DNA of 32,000 nucleotides from an uncultured Erysipelotrichaceae bacterium (GTDB lineage Bacteria; Bacillota_I; Bacilli_A; Erysipelotrichales; Erysipelotrichaceae): NCBI GenBank assembly GCA_942492995.1, contig OW818653.1, positions 330,001 to 362,000 of the forward strand, read 5' to 3'. Shown piece by piece: positions 25,420 to 32,000 of this stretch (position 1 is its first letter; each line of letters starts with the position of its first letter). The notes under the pieces were generated by a model. It saw only the letters and a program-made list of their open reading frames with translations, ran no database searches and was not told where the DNA came from. The position numbers and the translations under genes were made by a program.

Positions 25420-26322
25420 ATGAAAAAAAGTTTAAGTGTGTTAATTCTGTTTATATTATTCTTTTCTGGATGTACATCAAGCAATCCATCCAATGATAAA
25501 TTGAATGTTATTGTGACATTATTTCCGCAATACGACATGGTAAGAGCGATTGCACAAGATAAAGTTAATGTAAATCTACTATTACCAGCAGGAGTAGAAC
25601 CACATGCATATGAACCTACACCTAGTACATTAATTGAAATAAATCAATCTGATTTATTCATCTATACAAGCGATATTATGGAAACATGGATTAGTAATGT
25701 ATTTCAAGATTTAACCGATAAAGGACCAGTTATTGTAGATAGTTCTATCGGTGTAAACCTACTTTCACACAATGACGGTGATGGTAATGAATATGATCCA
25801 CATTTCTGGTTAGATCCGATTAACACAAAAATAATGGTAAATAATGTACTACAAGGTTTAATCGAAATCGATCCTAAAAATATAGAATTTTATCAAACAA
25901 ATGCGGATGAATATCTATTAAAACTTGATGAGTTGGATAATGCATATATTGATCTATTCAGTCGTATTAAAACAAATAAATTAATTTATGGTGGGCATTT
26001 TGCGTTTGGTTATCTATCGTCACGATTCAATATTGATATCTTATCTCCGTACTCAGGTTATTCTCCAGATGCGGAACCAAGTGTTAGTTCATTAAGTGAA
26101 TTGTTAGATACGATGGAAACCTATAATATCAAAGTCATCTTTTATGAAGAATTAATCGATCCTAAAATTGCACGTATTATCTCTGAACAAACTAACGCTA
26201 CAATCGATGTGTTACATGGTGGACATAATATAAGTAAGGAAGAAATGGATCAAGGAATAACGTATTTCGACTTAATGTATGCGAATATTGAAAAGTTAAA
26301 AGGTGCATTAAATTATGAATAA
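25420..26322 (+). CDS. znuA: Metal (probably zinc) ABC transporter substrate-binding lipoprotein, ZnuA/TroA family
   Basis: Start placed at ATG 25420 (MKKSLSVLILFILFFSGC has a lipobox and follows RBS AGGAG). Conserved EPHAYEPTP and DPHFWLDP metal-ligand motifs, plus a short acidic/His loop (HNDGDGNEYDPH). Confidence 0.85.
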   Translation: MKKSLSVLILFILFFSGCTSSNPSNDKLNVIVTLFPQYDMVRAIAQDKVNVNLLLPAGVEPHAYEPTPSTLIEINQSDLFIYTSDIMETWISNVFQDLTDKGPVIVDSSIGVNLLSHNDGDGNEYDPHFWLDPINTKIMVNNVLQGLIEIDPKNIEFYQTNADEYLLKLDELDNAYIDLFSRIKTNKLIYGGHFAFGYLSSRFNIDILSPYSGYSPDAEPSVSSLSELLDTMETYNIKVIFYEELIDPKIARIISEQTNATIDVLHGGHNISKEEMDQGITYFDLMYANIEKLKGALNYE

Positions 26323-27064
26323 AACACTATTAGAAGTTAAAGATGTAAGTGTTCATTATGGGAAAATGATTGCGCTTGAGCATGTTAATTTTTCTTTAGG
26401 TTATCATGATTATTTAGCAATTGTAGGTCCTAATGGGTCAGGGAAAACTACCTTAATGCGTGCACTTTTGGGCTTAAATGATATTGCGAGTGGTGCGTTT
26501 ATATTTGGGGAAGATATTACTAAAAACGAAATTGGATATCTACCACAAAAAGGATTTAACCATGATAAACACTTTCCTGCATCAGTCTATGAAATTATTC
26601 AAACAGGGTTAGATAAAAACGCACTCAAACAAAAAAATGTACATGAAGAAATCATACTTTTAAGTCGTAAATTAGGCATAGAAGACTTATTGAAGAAGCG
26701 TATTGGGTATTTATCTGGTGGTCAACAACAACGTGTTATGTTAGCTCGTGCTCTGATTAATCATCCTAAATTGCTTATTCTCGATGAACCAACATCTGCG
26801 CTTGATCCAACGATTCGCGAAGATTTTTATCAATTAATTAAAAATTTACATCAAGAAGAGAATGTTAGTATTATACTCATTTCACATGATTTAAATTCAG
26901 TAAGTTTATATGCGACACATATTTTGTATCTTGATCAACACGTCGTATTCTTTGGGCCAAGTACCGATTTATGTCAATCAGAAGAATTAATGTATCAAAT
27001 TGGACCACAAGCCACAGCCGCATTGTGTAAGGTAGAGAACCATGAACATCACATCCATATTTAG
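26315..27064 (+). CDS. znuC: Metal ABC transporter ATP-binding protein
   Basis: Walker A GPNGSGKTT, signature LSGGQQQR, Walker B LLILDEPT, H-loop SHD. Unusual His-rich C-terminal tail ENHEHHIHI. Confidence 0.9.
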   Translation: MNKTLLEVKDVSVHYGKMIALEHVNFSLGYHDYLAIVGPNGSGKTTLMRALLGLNDIASGAFIFGEDITKNEIGYLPQKGFNHDKHFPASVYEIIQTGLDKNALKQKNVHEEIILLSRKLGIEDLLKKRIGYLSGGQQQRVMLARALINHPKLLILDEPTSALDPTIREDFYQLIKNLHQEENVSIILISHDLNSVSLYATHILYLDQHVVFFGPSTDLCQSEELMYQIGPQATAALCKVENHEHHIHI

Positions 27065-27866
27065 TTTATTCTCTTATACCTTTCTTCAACGTGCATTATT
27101 AGTTGGACTTTTAATCTCCATTAGTAGTTCATTTCTTGGAATATTTCTAGTATTACGTAAATATTCAATGATAGGGGACGGACTTGCGCATGTTAGTTTC
27201 GCGACAGTCGCATTAGCGCTTTTACTCAATCAATCACCTTTAATCATATCGATTCCAATCGTAAGTTTAGCTTCATTGTTAATACTGAAACTAAGTGAAG
27301 AGAATCGAATTGGAGGAGATGCGGCTATTGGATTAATATCTTCGACTGCAGTCGCAATTGGGGTATTAATATCGTCTGTTTCGAATGGTTTCAGTGTTGA
27401 TTTATACAGTTATTTATTTGGAAGTATCTTAATTATCTCTGAAATGGATGTCTATTTCTCATTGATTCTTTCAATCATAATCGTTGGGACTGTTATATAT
27501 TTCTATCATGACTTATTCGCAATGACATATGATATGGATTACGCAAAAGTAAGTGGACGTAAGACGAAACGTTTGAATCAAATTATCTCACTCTTAACCT
27601 CAATTACGATTGTTTTAGGAATAAGAGTTGTTGGGACGATGTTAATATCGAGTTTAATTATTTTCCCAACAGTTAGCGCATTACGTTTATCGAATAGTTT
27701 CAAATCCACAATTATTTGGGCTGTCATTATTTCAAGTTTTAGTGTTGTGAGTGGATTAATCATCTCTGTATTATTCGATTTACCTACAGGTTCAAGTATT
27801 GTCTTAATCAACGCATGTATCTTCGGAATTAGTTCATGGATTTCATGGATGAAAAAGGAGAATTGA
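27042..27866 (+). CDS. znuB: Metal ABC transporter permease
   Basis: 274-aa polytopic protein. The FLQRALLVGLL N-terminus is typical of ABC-3 (ZnuB/TroC) permeases. The start overlaps the znuC 3' end by 23 nt. Confidence 0.9.
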   Translation: MNITSIFSLFSYTFLQRALLVGLLISISSSFLGIFLVLRKYSMIGDGLAHVSFATVALALLLNQSPLIISIPIVSLASLLILKLSEENRIGGDAAIGLISSTAVAIGVLISSVSNGFSVDLYSYLFGSILIISEMDVYFSLILSIIIVGTVIYFYHDLFAMTYDMDYAKVSGRKTKRLNQIISLLTSITIVLGIRVVGTMLISSLIIFPTVSALRLSNSFKSTIIWAVIISSFSVVSGLIISVLFDLPTGSSIVLINACIFGISSWISWMKKEN

Positions 27867-27867
27867 T

Positions 27868-28293
27868 ATGAAACCAAAAGAAATATTGAGTTTAAACCAA
27901 CTTAAATATTCACGTCAAAGAGAAGCGCTTATTGAACTCTTACAACACGAAGCGTTACCGATGAGTATTGATCAAATTATTGAAAAACTCAAAAAAGGTA
28001 AACATCCGATGAATCAATCAACGGTATATCGAATTATAGACAGTTTAAATGAACATCATATTGTCGAAAAGAACTATAGTAGTATCAGTAATTCTACTTT
28101 AATCCAATTACATACTCCACATCACCAGCACTATCTCATGTGTCAAATGTGCCATAAGATGTTTCCAATTGATAATTGTCCAATTCATGATGTGATTGAT
28201 TCAATCGAAATAGCTAAGGATTTTAAGATAATCTCGCATAATCTAGAAATAATCGGGATATGCGCATCATGCCAAAAAAAAGCTCAAGTCTAA
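27868..28293 (+). CDS. zur: Fur family transcriptional regulator, probably Zur
   Basis: 141 aa. Winged-helix part (STVYRIIDSLNEHHIVEK), metal-site HHQHY, and structural CxxC pairs (CQMC ... CASC). It is the last gene of the znu operon. Confidence 0.75.
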   Translation: MKPKEILSLNQLKYSRQREALIELLQHEALPMSIDQIIEKLKKGKHPMNQSTVYRIIDSLNEHHIVEKNYSSISNSTLIQLHTPHHQHYLMCQMCHKMFPIDNCPIHDVIDSIEIAKDFKIISHNLEIIGICASCQKKAQV

Positions 28294-28304
28294 ACTTGGG
28301 CTTT
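28279..28304. terminator. Shared hairpin terminator at the zur / diguanylate-cyclase convergence
   Basis: AAAGCTCAAGT (28279..28289) pairs with ACTTGGGCTTT (28294..28304), giving 11 bp with one G-U pair around a CTAA loop. On the minus strand it is followed by a U-tract (complement of A 28272..28278). Confidence 0.65.
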
Positions 28305-30519
28305 AAATTTTATGTACGCTTATTTGATTACGACCATTTTCTTTCGAACGATACAGCGCATTATCTGCCATCTCAATCAGTGTCATCATCAATGTATCAC
28401 GTTGTGGTGTAAGGGTTGCGATCCCAATACTCAAACTAATTCGTGGACAAACTGTACTGAATTCATGGGGTAGATTTAGTTTAATTAATTCTTCTTGAAT
28501 CTTCATGGCGACATCTCTTGAGACTGTTTCTGTCGCATCACTTAATAAAACAATAAACTCATCCCCACCAAATCGTACCGCTAAATCATTACTACGTTTA
28601 GCGTATTTTTTTATGATTTGTGCAATCTGAATAATAATCTTATCCCCATTTAGATGCCCATAATGATCATTATATTCTTTGAAATTATCAATATCGATCA
28701 TCATTAGACTTAAAGGAATACTATACCGAATCGCATGTCTAAATTCACGTTCATAGAACTCATCAAAATGTCGACGATTCGCAATTCCTGTTAATCCATC
28801 TATTTCAGATAAATCAGATAACTCTTTGTTTAGTTTCTTCAACTCTTGTTGGATAACTTCACGTTTCTGGATTTCGATATTAAGTGCTGCAGATTTCTGT
28901 GCATTTCGTATCGCAATCGCTAAGTAGGCGGATAGCGTATCAAGTGTTTCTAAACTTTGAACTGAGAAGGTATCAGGTTCACGATTCTGAACAGTAATTA
29001 ATCCAATGCATTTATCTTCAATACTTAATGGGACAAACATAATGGATTCCATTAATTGACCAACTCTTACATTGATTGTGGAATTTAAGTATTGTTCAAT
29101 TTCATTACGATGATTGAATACGAATTTCTCATTCTGAATAAAGCACTTTACCGCTAAACTATTACTATTTAAGACAGGAATGATATAGTTTTCTACACGT
29201 TCACCATCTACGATTAAGTATTTATATTCGATTGATTCACGATCTACATCATAGATTCCAATTCCGAATGTATTCGATTCCATTAAAACCGCCACATTCT
29301 GATAAACCAAATCATAGATTTCTTCTAGATTGGTTTGTACAGTTAAACTTCGACCGATCTTACTAATCGCTTTAGCACTTTGATAGGCTTTTGCTAAATC
29401 TTCATTGTTCTTTTCGATTAATTTTGCCTTTTCATCTAATTCTTGAGATAAACGATAATAAGTTTCTCTCTCTTGATACGCAATTTCAGCTTGTTTCTGT
29501 AAGTTGATTCCACTTAATCGTTGTGCAACTTTACTTTGTTCAAGTTTAGTGACTGTCTCAATGTACTTATTCGCAAAGAAAAGTGCATTTGCGGTATTGC
29601 CTAAATCCTGATGATCATTGATTAAACGCTTATACGCTTGCGCAAGAATATGATGTGCATTGATCTGTTCCGCATATAAGATAATCTCATTGAGATAAAT
29701 TAATGCTTGATTAATATCATTTTGATCACGATACACTTCATGAAGTTCAAATAATACTTCAGTTGATAAAAGTGCTTCTTTTGTCTCGCTGTAAATACTT
29801 AGACTCTGATTTAGTAATTTAACCGCTAAATCATATTGGTGACGCTCACGCGCAATCATACCTAAATACTTTAAACTAACCGATTCAATAATACGATCTT
29901 GACATTCTCGAGCTAAATCAAGTGCCATATTCGAATATTCTTCAGCTTTATTTAAATCGCGTTGAGCTAGATAAACCGCTGAGATATTTGAAAGGGGATA
30001 GATTCTTCTTTCATGTTCGTTTAATTCACTTAATCCAGATAAACTCATTTGATAAAGTTCAATCGCCGAATCAAAATCATTTAACTCACGATATATTTCT
30101 CCGATATTACTTAATATCGTAGATTTCATGTATTCATTGTTTTTATTAATCGATAATTGTAATCCTATTTGATAATAGGTATAAGCTGAATCATACACTT
30201 GTAAATCAAGATATACGTTTCCCAAGGCATTTAAAATCTCAACCTCAATTAATGGGCCTTCAATGTCTTTTGTCATTTGGTCTGCTTCATGAAGATAATC
30301 TAGAGCTTCAAATAACTGACCCAATCGCCAATGGGCAATACCCAATTGGAATTGACTCATACATATACCACTCGCATAATCAATCGCTAGTGATGCATGA
30401 AACGCTTCTTGAGCTATTTCGAGTGCTTCTTCAGGATTTCGACTTAGAACTTGTTTCGCTTTTTGGTTCAGTTGATTTATTCGTATTATTTCATTTTCAA
30501 CCGATGAAATTTGTTCCAT
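28303..30519 (-). CDS. TPR-GAF-GGDEF diguanylate cyclase
   Basis: ~330 aa of TPR-like repeats (recurrent A..Y...L/G..Y periodicity), a coiled coil, a GAF-like domain, then GGDEF with an intact A-site (RFGGDEF) and an intact RxxD I-site (RSND) five residues upstream. RBS AGGAG. Confidence 0.9.
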   Translation of the reverse strand: MEQISSVENEIIRINQLNQKAKQVLSRNPEEALEIAQEAFHASLAIDYASGICMSQFQLGIAHWRLGQLFEALDYLHEADQMTKDIEGPLIEVEILNALGNVYLDLQVYDSAYTYYQIGLQLSINKNNEYMKSTILSNIGEIYRELNDFDSAIELYQMSLSGLSELNEHERRIYPLSNISAVYLAQRDLNKAEEYSNMALDLARECQDRIIESVSLKYLGMIARERHQYDLAVKLLNQSLSIYSETKEALLSTEVLFELHEVYRDQNDINQALIYLNEIILYAEQINAHHILAQAYKRLINDHQDLGNTANALFFANKYIETVTKLEQSKVAQRLSGINLQKQAEIAYQERETYYRLSQELDEKAKLIEKNNEDLAKAYQSAKAISKIGRSLTVQTNLEEIYDLVYQNVAVLMESNTFGIGIYDVDRESIEYKYLIVDGERVENYIIPVLNSNSLAVKCFIQNEKFVFNHRNEIEQYLNSTINVRVGQLMESIMFVPLSIEDKCIGLITVQNREPDTFSVQSLETLDTLSAYLAIAIRNAQKSAALNIEIQKREVIQQELKKLNKELSDLSEIDGLTGIANRRHFDEFYEREFRHAIRYSIPLSLMMIDIDNFKEYNDHYGHLNGDKIIIQIAQIIKKYAKRSNDLAVRFGGDEFIVLLSDATETVSRDVAMKIQEELIKLNLPHEFSTVCPRISLSIGIATLTPQRDTLMMTLIEMADNALYRSKENGRNQISVHKI

Positions 30520-30605
30520 AAGTTCTCCTATTTTTTACCTTTTTTTATCATAGCACTTATTCTTATAAACTATTGAAAAAAATTTAATAAATTTACTAAT
30601 TTTAC

Positions 30606-30623
30606 TTGTTAATATATTAACAA
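30606..30623. promoter_or_regulatory. Rex-type operator 1 (TTGTTAA-TATA-TTAACAA)
   Basis: Perfect 18-bp palindrome (20 bp with the flanking C/G). It matches the Clostridia-type Rex box TTGTTAAnnnnTTAACAA and overlaps the -35 region of the hydrogenase promoter. Confidence 0.6.
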
Positions 30624-30627
30624 GTTG

Positions 30628-30636
30628 TGATATACT
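30628..30636 (+). promoter_or_regulatory. Extended -10 element (TGATATACT) of the hydrogenase operon promoter
   Basis: TG-N-TATACT lies 49 nt upstream of ATG 30685. A -35-like TTGTTA lies inside Rex box 1. Confidence 0.35.
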
Positions 30637-30650
30637 CATTTTAGCGGTAT

Positions 30651-30668
30651 TTGTTAAAATATTAACAA
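30651..30668. promoter_or_regulatory. Rex-type operator 2 (TTGTTAA-AATA-TTAACAA)
   Basis: A second perfect match of both half-sites, lying between the predicted -10 and RBS AGGAGG (30675..30680). Confidence 0.6.
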
Positions 30669-30684
30669 GATAATAGGAGGTTGT

Positions 30685-31194
30685 ATGAGCCATTTGAACG
30701 CAATGAGCTTAGATACGATTAAACGCATCATTGAAACGCATAAACACAAAGAAGGTCCAGTAAAACTAATGTTACAGGAAATTCAAAAAGAACTAGGCTA
30801 TATTCCTTTTGAGGCAATGAAAGAAATATCGGCTGCGATTGATGTCCCAATTGCGGAAGTCTATAGTGTTGTGAGTTTTTATACCCAATTTACGTTGGAA
30901 CCAAAGGGTAAACATGTATTGAATATTTGTATGGGTACAGCATGTTATGTCAAAGGTGCACAAGCACTAATTGTTAAATTTGAAGAATTGACCGGTGCGA
31001 AACTCAATAACACAAGCGCGAATGGACTGTTTTCACTTGATAGTACACGATGCCTTGGGGCATGTGGTTTAGCTCCCGTTGCCGTATTAGATGGAATTGT
31101 TTATGCGAATGCGGTTAATAATCCAAGTTTAGAATATAAAGTTCGTGATATTTTACATCAAGAAGAACGAAAGGTGAGTGAAGCACATGCTTAA
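30685..31194 (+). CDS. NuoE-like [2Fe-2S] subunit of an NAD(P)H-dependent [FeFe]-hydrogenase (HndA/HydC type)
   Basis: 169 aa. The QEIQKELGYIP segment and the CMGTACYVKG ... CLGACGLAPV four-Cys pattern are characteristic of the NuoE / 24-kDa thioredoxin-like ferredoxin family. Confidence 0.9.
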   Translation: MSHLNAMSLDTIKRIIETHKHKEGPVKLMLQEIQKELGYIPFEAMKEISAAIDVPIAEVYSVVSFYTQFTLEPKGKHVLNICMGTACYVKGAQALIVKFEELTGAKLNNTSANGLFSLDSTRCLGACGLAPVAVLDGIVYANAVNNPSLEYKVRDILHQEERKVSEAHA

Positions 31195-31564
31195 TCTACA
31201 TTCTTTAAAAGACATTCAAAGTAGAACACTAAAACAAATGAATTTAATCGAAACGATTGAAACACATCGTATTCTGATTGGACTTGGGACGTGCGGAATT
31301 GCGGCAGGTGCTAAACAGGTTTTTAATTATCTAACTGAAATGAAAGAAGAATATAATTATCCAATTCAGATATGTCCAACCGGATGTATTGGAATGTGCG
31401 TGTTAGAACCGATGGTTGAAGTCATTGATCGTAGTGGCCAACATACCATGTATGTACAAGTGGATGAACAGAAAATGAAGGAAATCTTACATCAACACAT
31501 TAAAAATAATGTCGTTCTTGAACAATATACCTTAACAGGAATGGGGCAAGATGATGAAAGCTAG
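31187..31564 (+). CDS. Small thioredoxin-like [2Fe-2S] ferredoxin subunit (HndB-like)
   Basis: IGLGTCGIAAGA and CPTGCIGMCVLEPMVEV motifs. ATG 31187 is preferred (RBS AAGGTGAG), and it overlaps the upstream stop. Confidence 0.8.
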   Translation: MLNLHSLKDIQSRTLKQMNLIETIETHRILIGLGTCGIAAGAKQVFNYLTEMKEEYNYPIQICPTGCIGMCVLEPMVEVIDRSGQHTMYVQVDEQKMKEILHQHIKNNVVLEQYTLTGMGQDDES

Positions 31565-32000
31565 AAGAATTCACTTATTGATTAAAGATGAAGAGAATAA
31601 CGCAGCGATTAATCATTTAAAGAGTATTTTAAAACGGAATCATTGTGAATCGTACATTGAAGTATATTGTCATACCGTAAAGGATGCGGAGAAATCAGTG
31701 TGTGCAATTTATCCGGATGAAATCTTTTATGAGAATTTAAATGAGAATTTAATGCGTTTATTGGTGGAAGTACAGATTCTAAAGGATAAGAAGTTGGATC
31801 AATTTGAAGTTAAACATGTTAATCCAGAGATTAAACACAAATTTGATCAATGGGATAATGATCGTTTTTTCTATAAACAAACACGTGTAGTATTACGCAA
31901 TAATGGAAGAATTAATCCTGAATCAATTGATGAATATATTGCGATTGATGGGTACCAAGCCATTGCGAAAGTACTTTTCGATAAAACGCCTCAAGATGTA
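31551..32000 (+). CDS. NuoF-like NAD(P)H-binding flavoprotein subunit (HndC/HydB type), 5' part; continues beyond the window
   Basis: This frame is open from ATG 31551 to base 32000 (exactly 150 codons). It is absent from the ORF track only because it has no stop in the window. It ends with VLRNNGRINPESIDEYIAIDGYQAIAKVL, the conserved entry into the NuoF / 51-kDa domain. Confidence 0.85.
   Translation, partial: MMKARRIHLLIKDEENNAAINHLKSILKRNHCESYIEVYCHTVKDAEKSVCAIYPDEIFYENLNENLMRLLVEVQILKDKKLDQFEVKHVNPEIKHKFDQWDNDRFFYKQTRVVLRNNGRINPESIDEYIAIDGYQAIAKVLFDKTPQDV

Noticed and set aside
27578..27877. 99-aa antisense ORF inside znuB
   Set aside because: It lies opposite a clear ABC-3 permease frame and has hydrophobic mirror-image composition, so it is spurious.
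29922..30521. Plus-strand ORFs 29922..30122 and 30252..30521 inside the TPR-GAF-GGDEF gene
   Set aside because: They are antisense to a 738-aa ORF that has an RBS and clear domain signatures. They have no signals of their own.
1..32000. An alternative genetic code (TGA=Trp, as in Mollicutes, or TAA reassignment), considered because of the low GC and the in-frame TAA at 20094
   Set aside because: All other genes give full-length, motif-complete proteins under the standard code. TGA and TAA both serve as genuine stops at sensible gene ends, for example the ATGA overlaps. A single exception does not support recoding.
1..32000. Mobile elements, defence systems, CRISPR arrays, tRNA/rRNA genes and long repeats
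   Set aside because: I recognised no transposase, integrase, recombinase, nuclease-helicase or restriction-type ORFs, no spaced direct-repeat arrays and no tRNA-like cloverleaf regions. All intergenic gaps are under 175 nt and are accounted for by promoters, terminators or operators.

Overview
Low-GC (about one-third G+C by eye), standard-code chromosomal segment from a monoderm, Bacillota-like and probably anaerobic bacterium. About 35 genes are tightly packed. I saw no rRNA, tRNA, CRISPR array, transposase or integrase. Content by region: (1) 1..2707 holds an MFS permease 3' end, a cation:proton antiporter behind a promoter-plus-terminator leader, and a nitroreductase. (2) 2878..12652 is a complete secretin-less type IV pilus (T4P) locus: three minor pilins, pilC, pilM, pilN, pilO, an inverted pilD, pilB, pilT and a very small pilA. 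(3) 12822..15141 holds a VOC/glyoxalase protein, a DUF1003 protein and a DEAD-box helicase. (4) 15138..30519 is unusually dense in c-di-GMP genes: two degenerate-GGDEF/EAL proteins, one REC-HD-GYP and two intact GGDEF cyclases. These are interleaved with a TetR / flavodoxin(in-frame stop) / FMN-binding operon, a GNAT, mgtC, a HAD hydrolase and a znuA-znuC-znuB-zur operon. (5) 30685..32000 is the start of an Hnd/HydABC-type NAD(P)H-linked [FeFe]-hydrogenase operon preceded by two perfect Rex-type operators. The most system-like lead is the T4P machine, whose PilB N-terminus carries a tandem MshEN-like c-di-GMP binding signature and which sits beside the c-di-GMP gene cluster. This suggests a c-di-GMP-controlled Gram-positive pilus module. 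All functional calls rest on reading the translated ORFs by eye for motifs; no database search was run.
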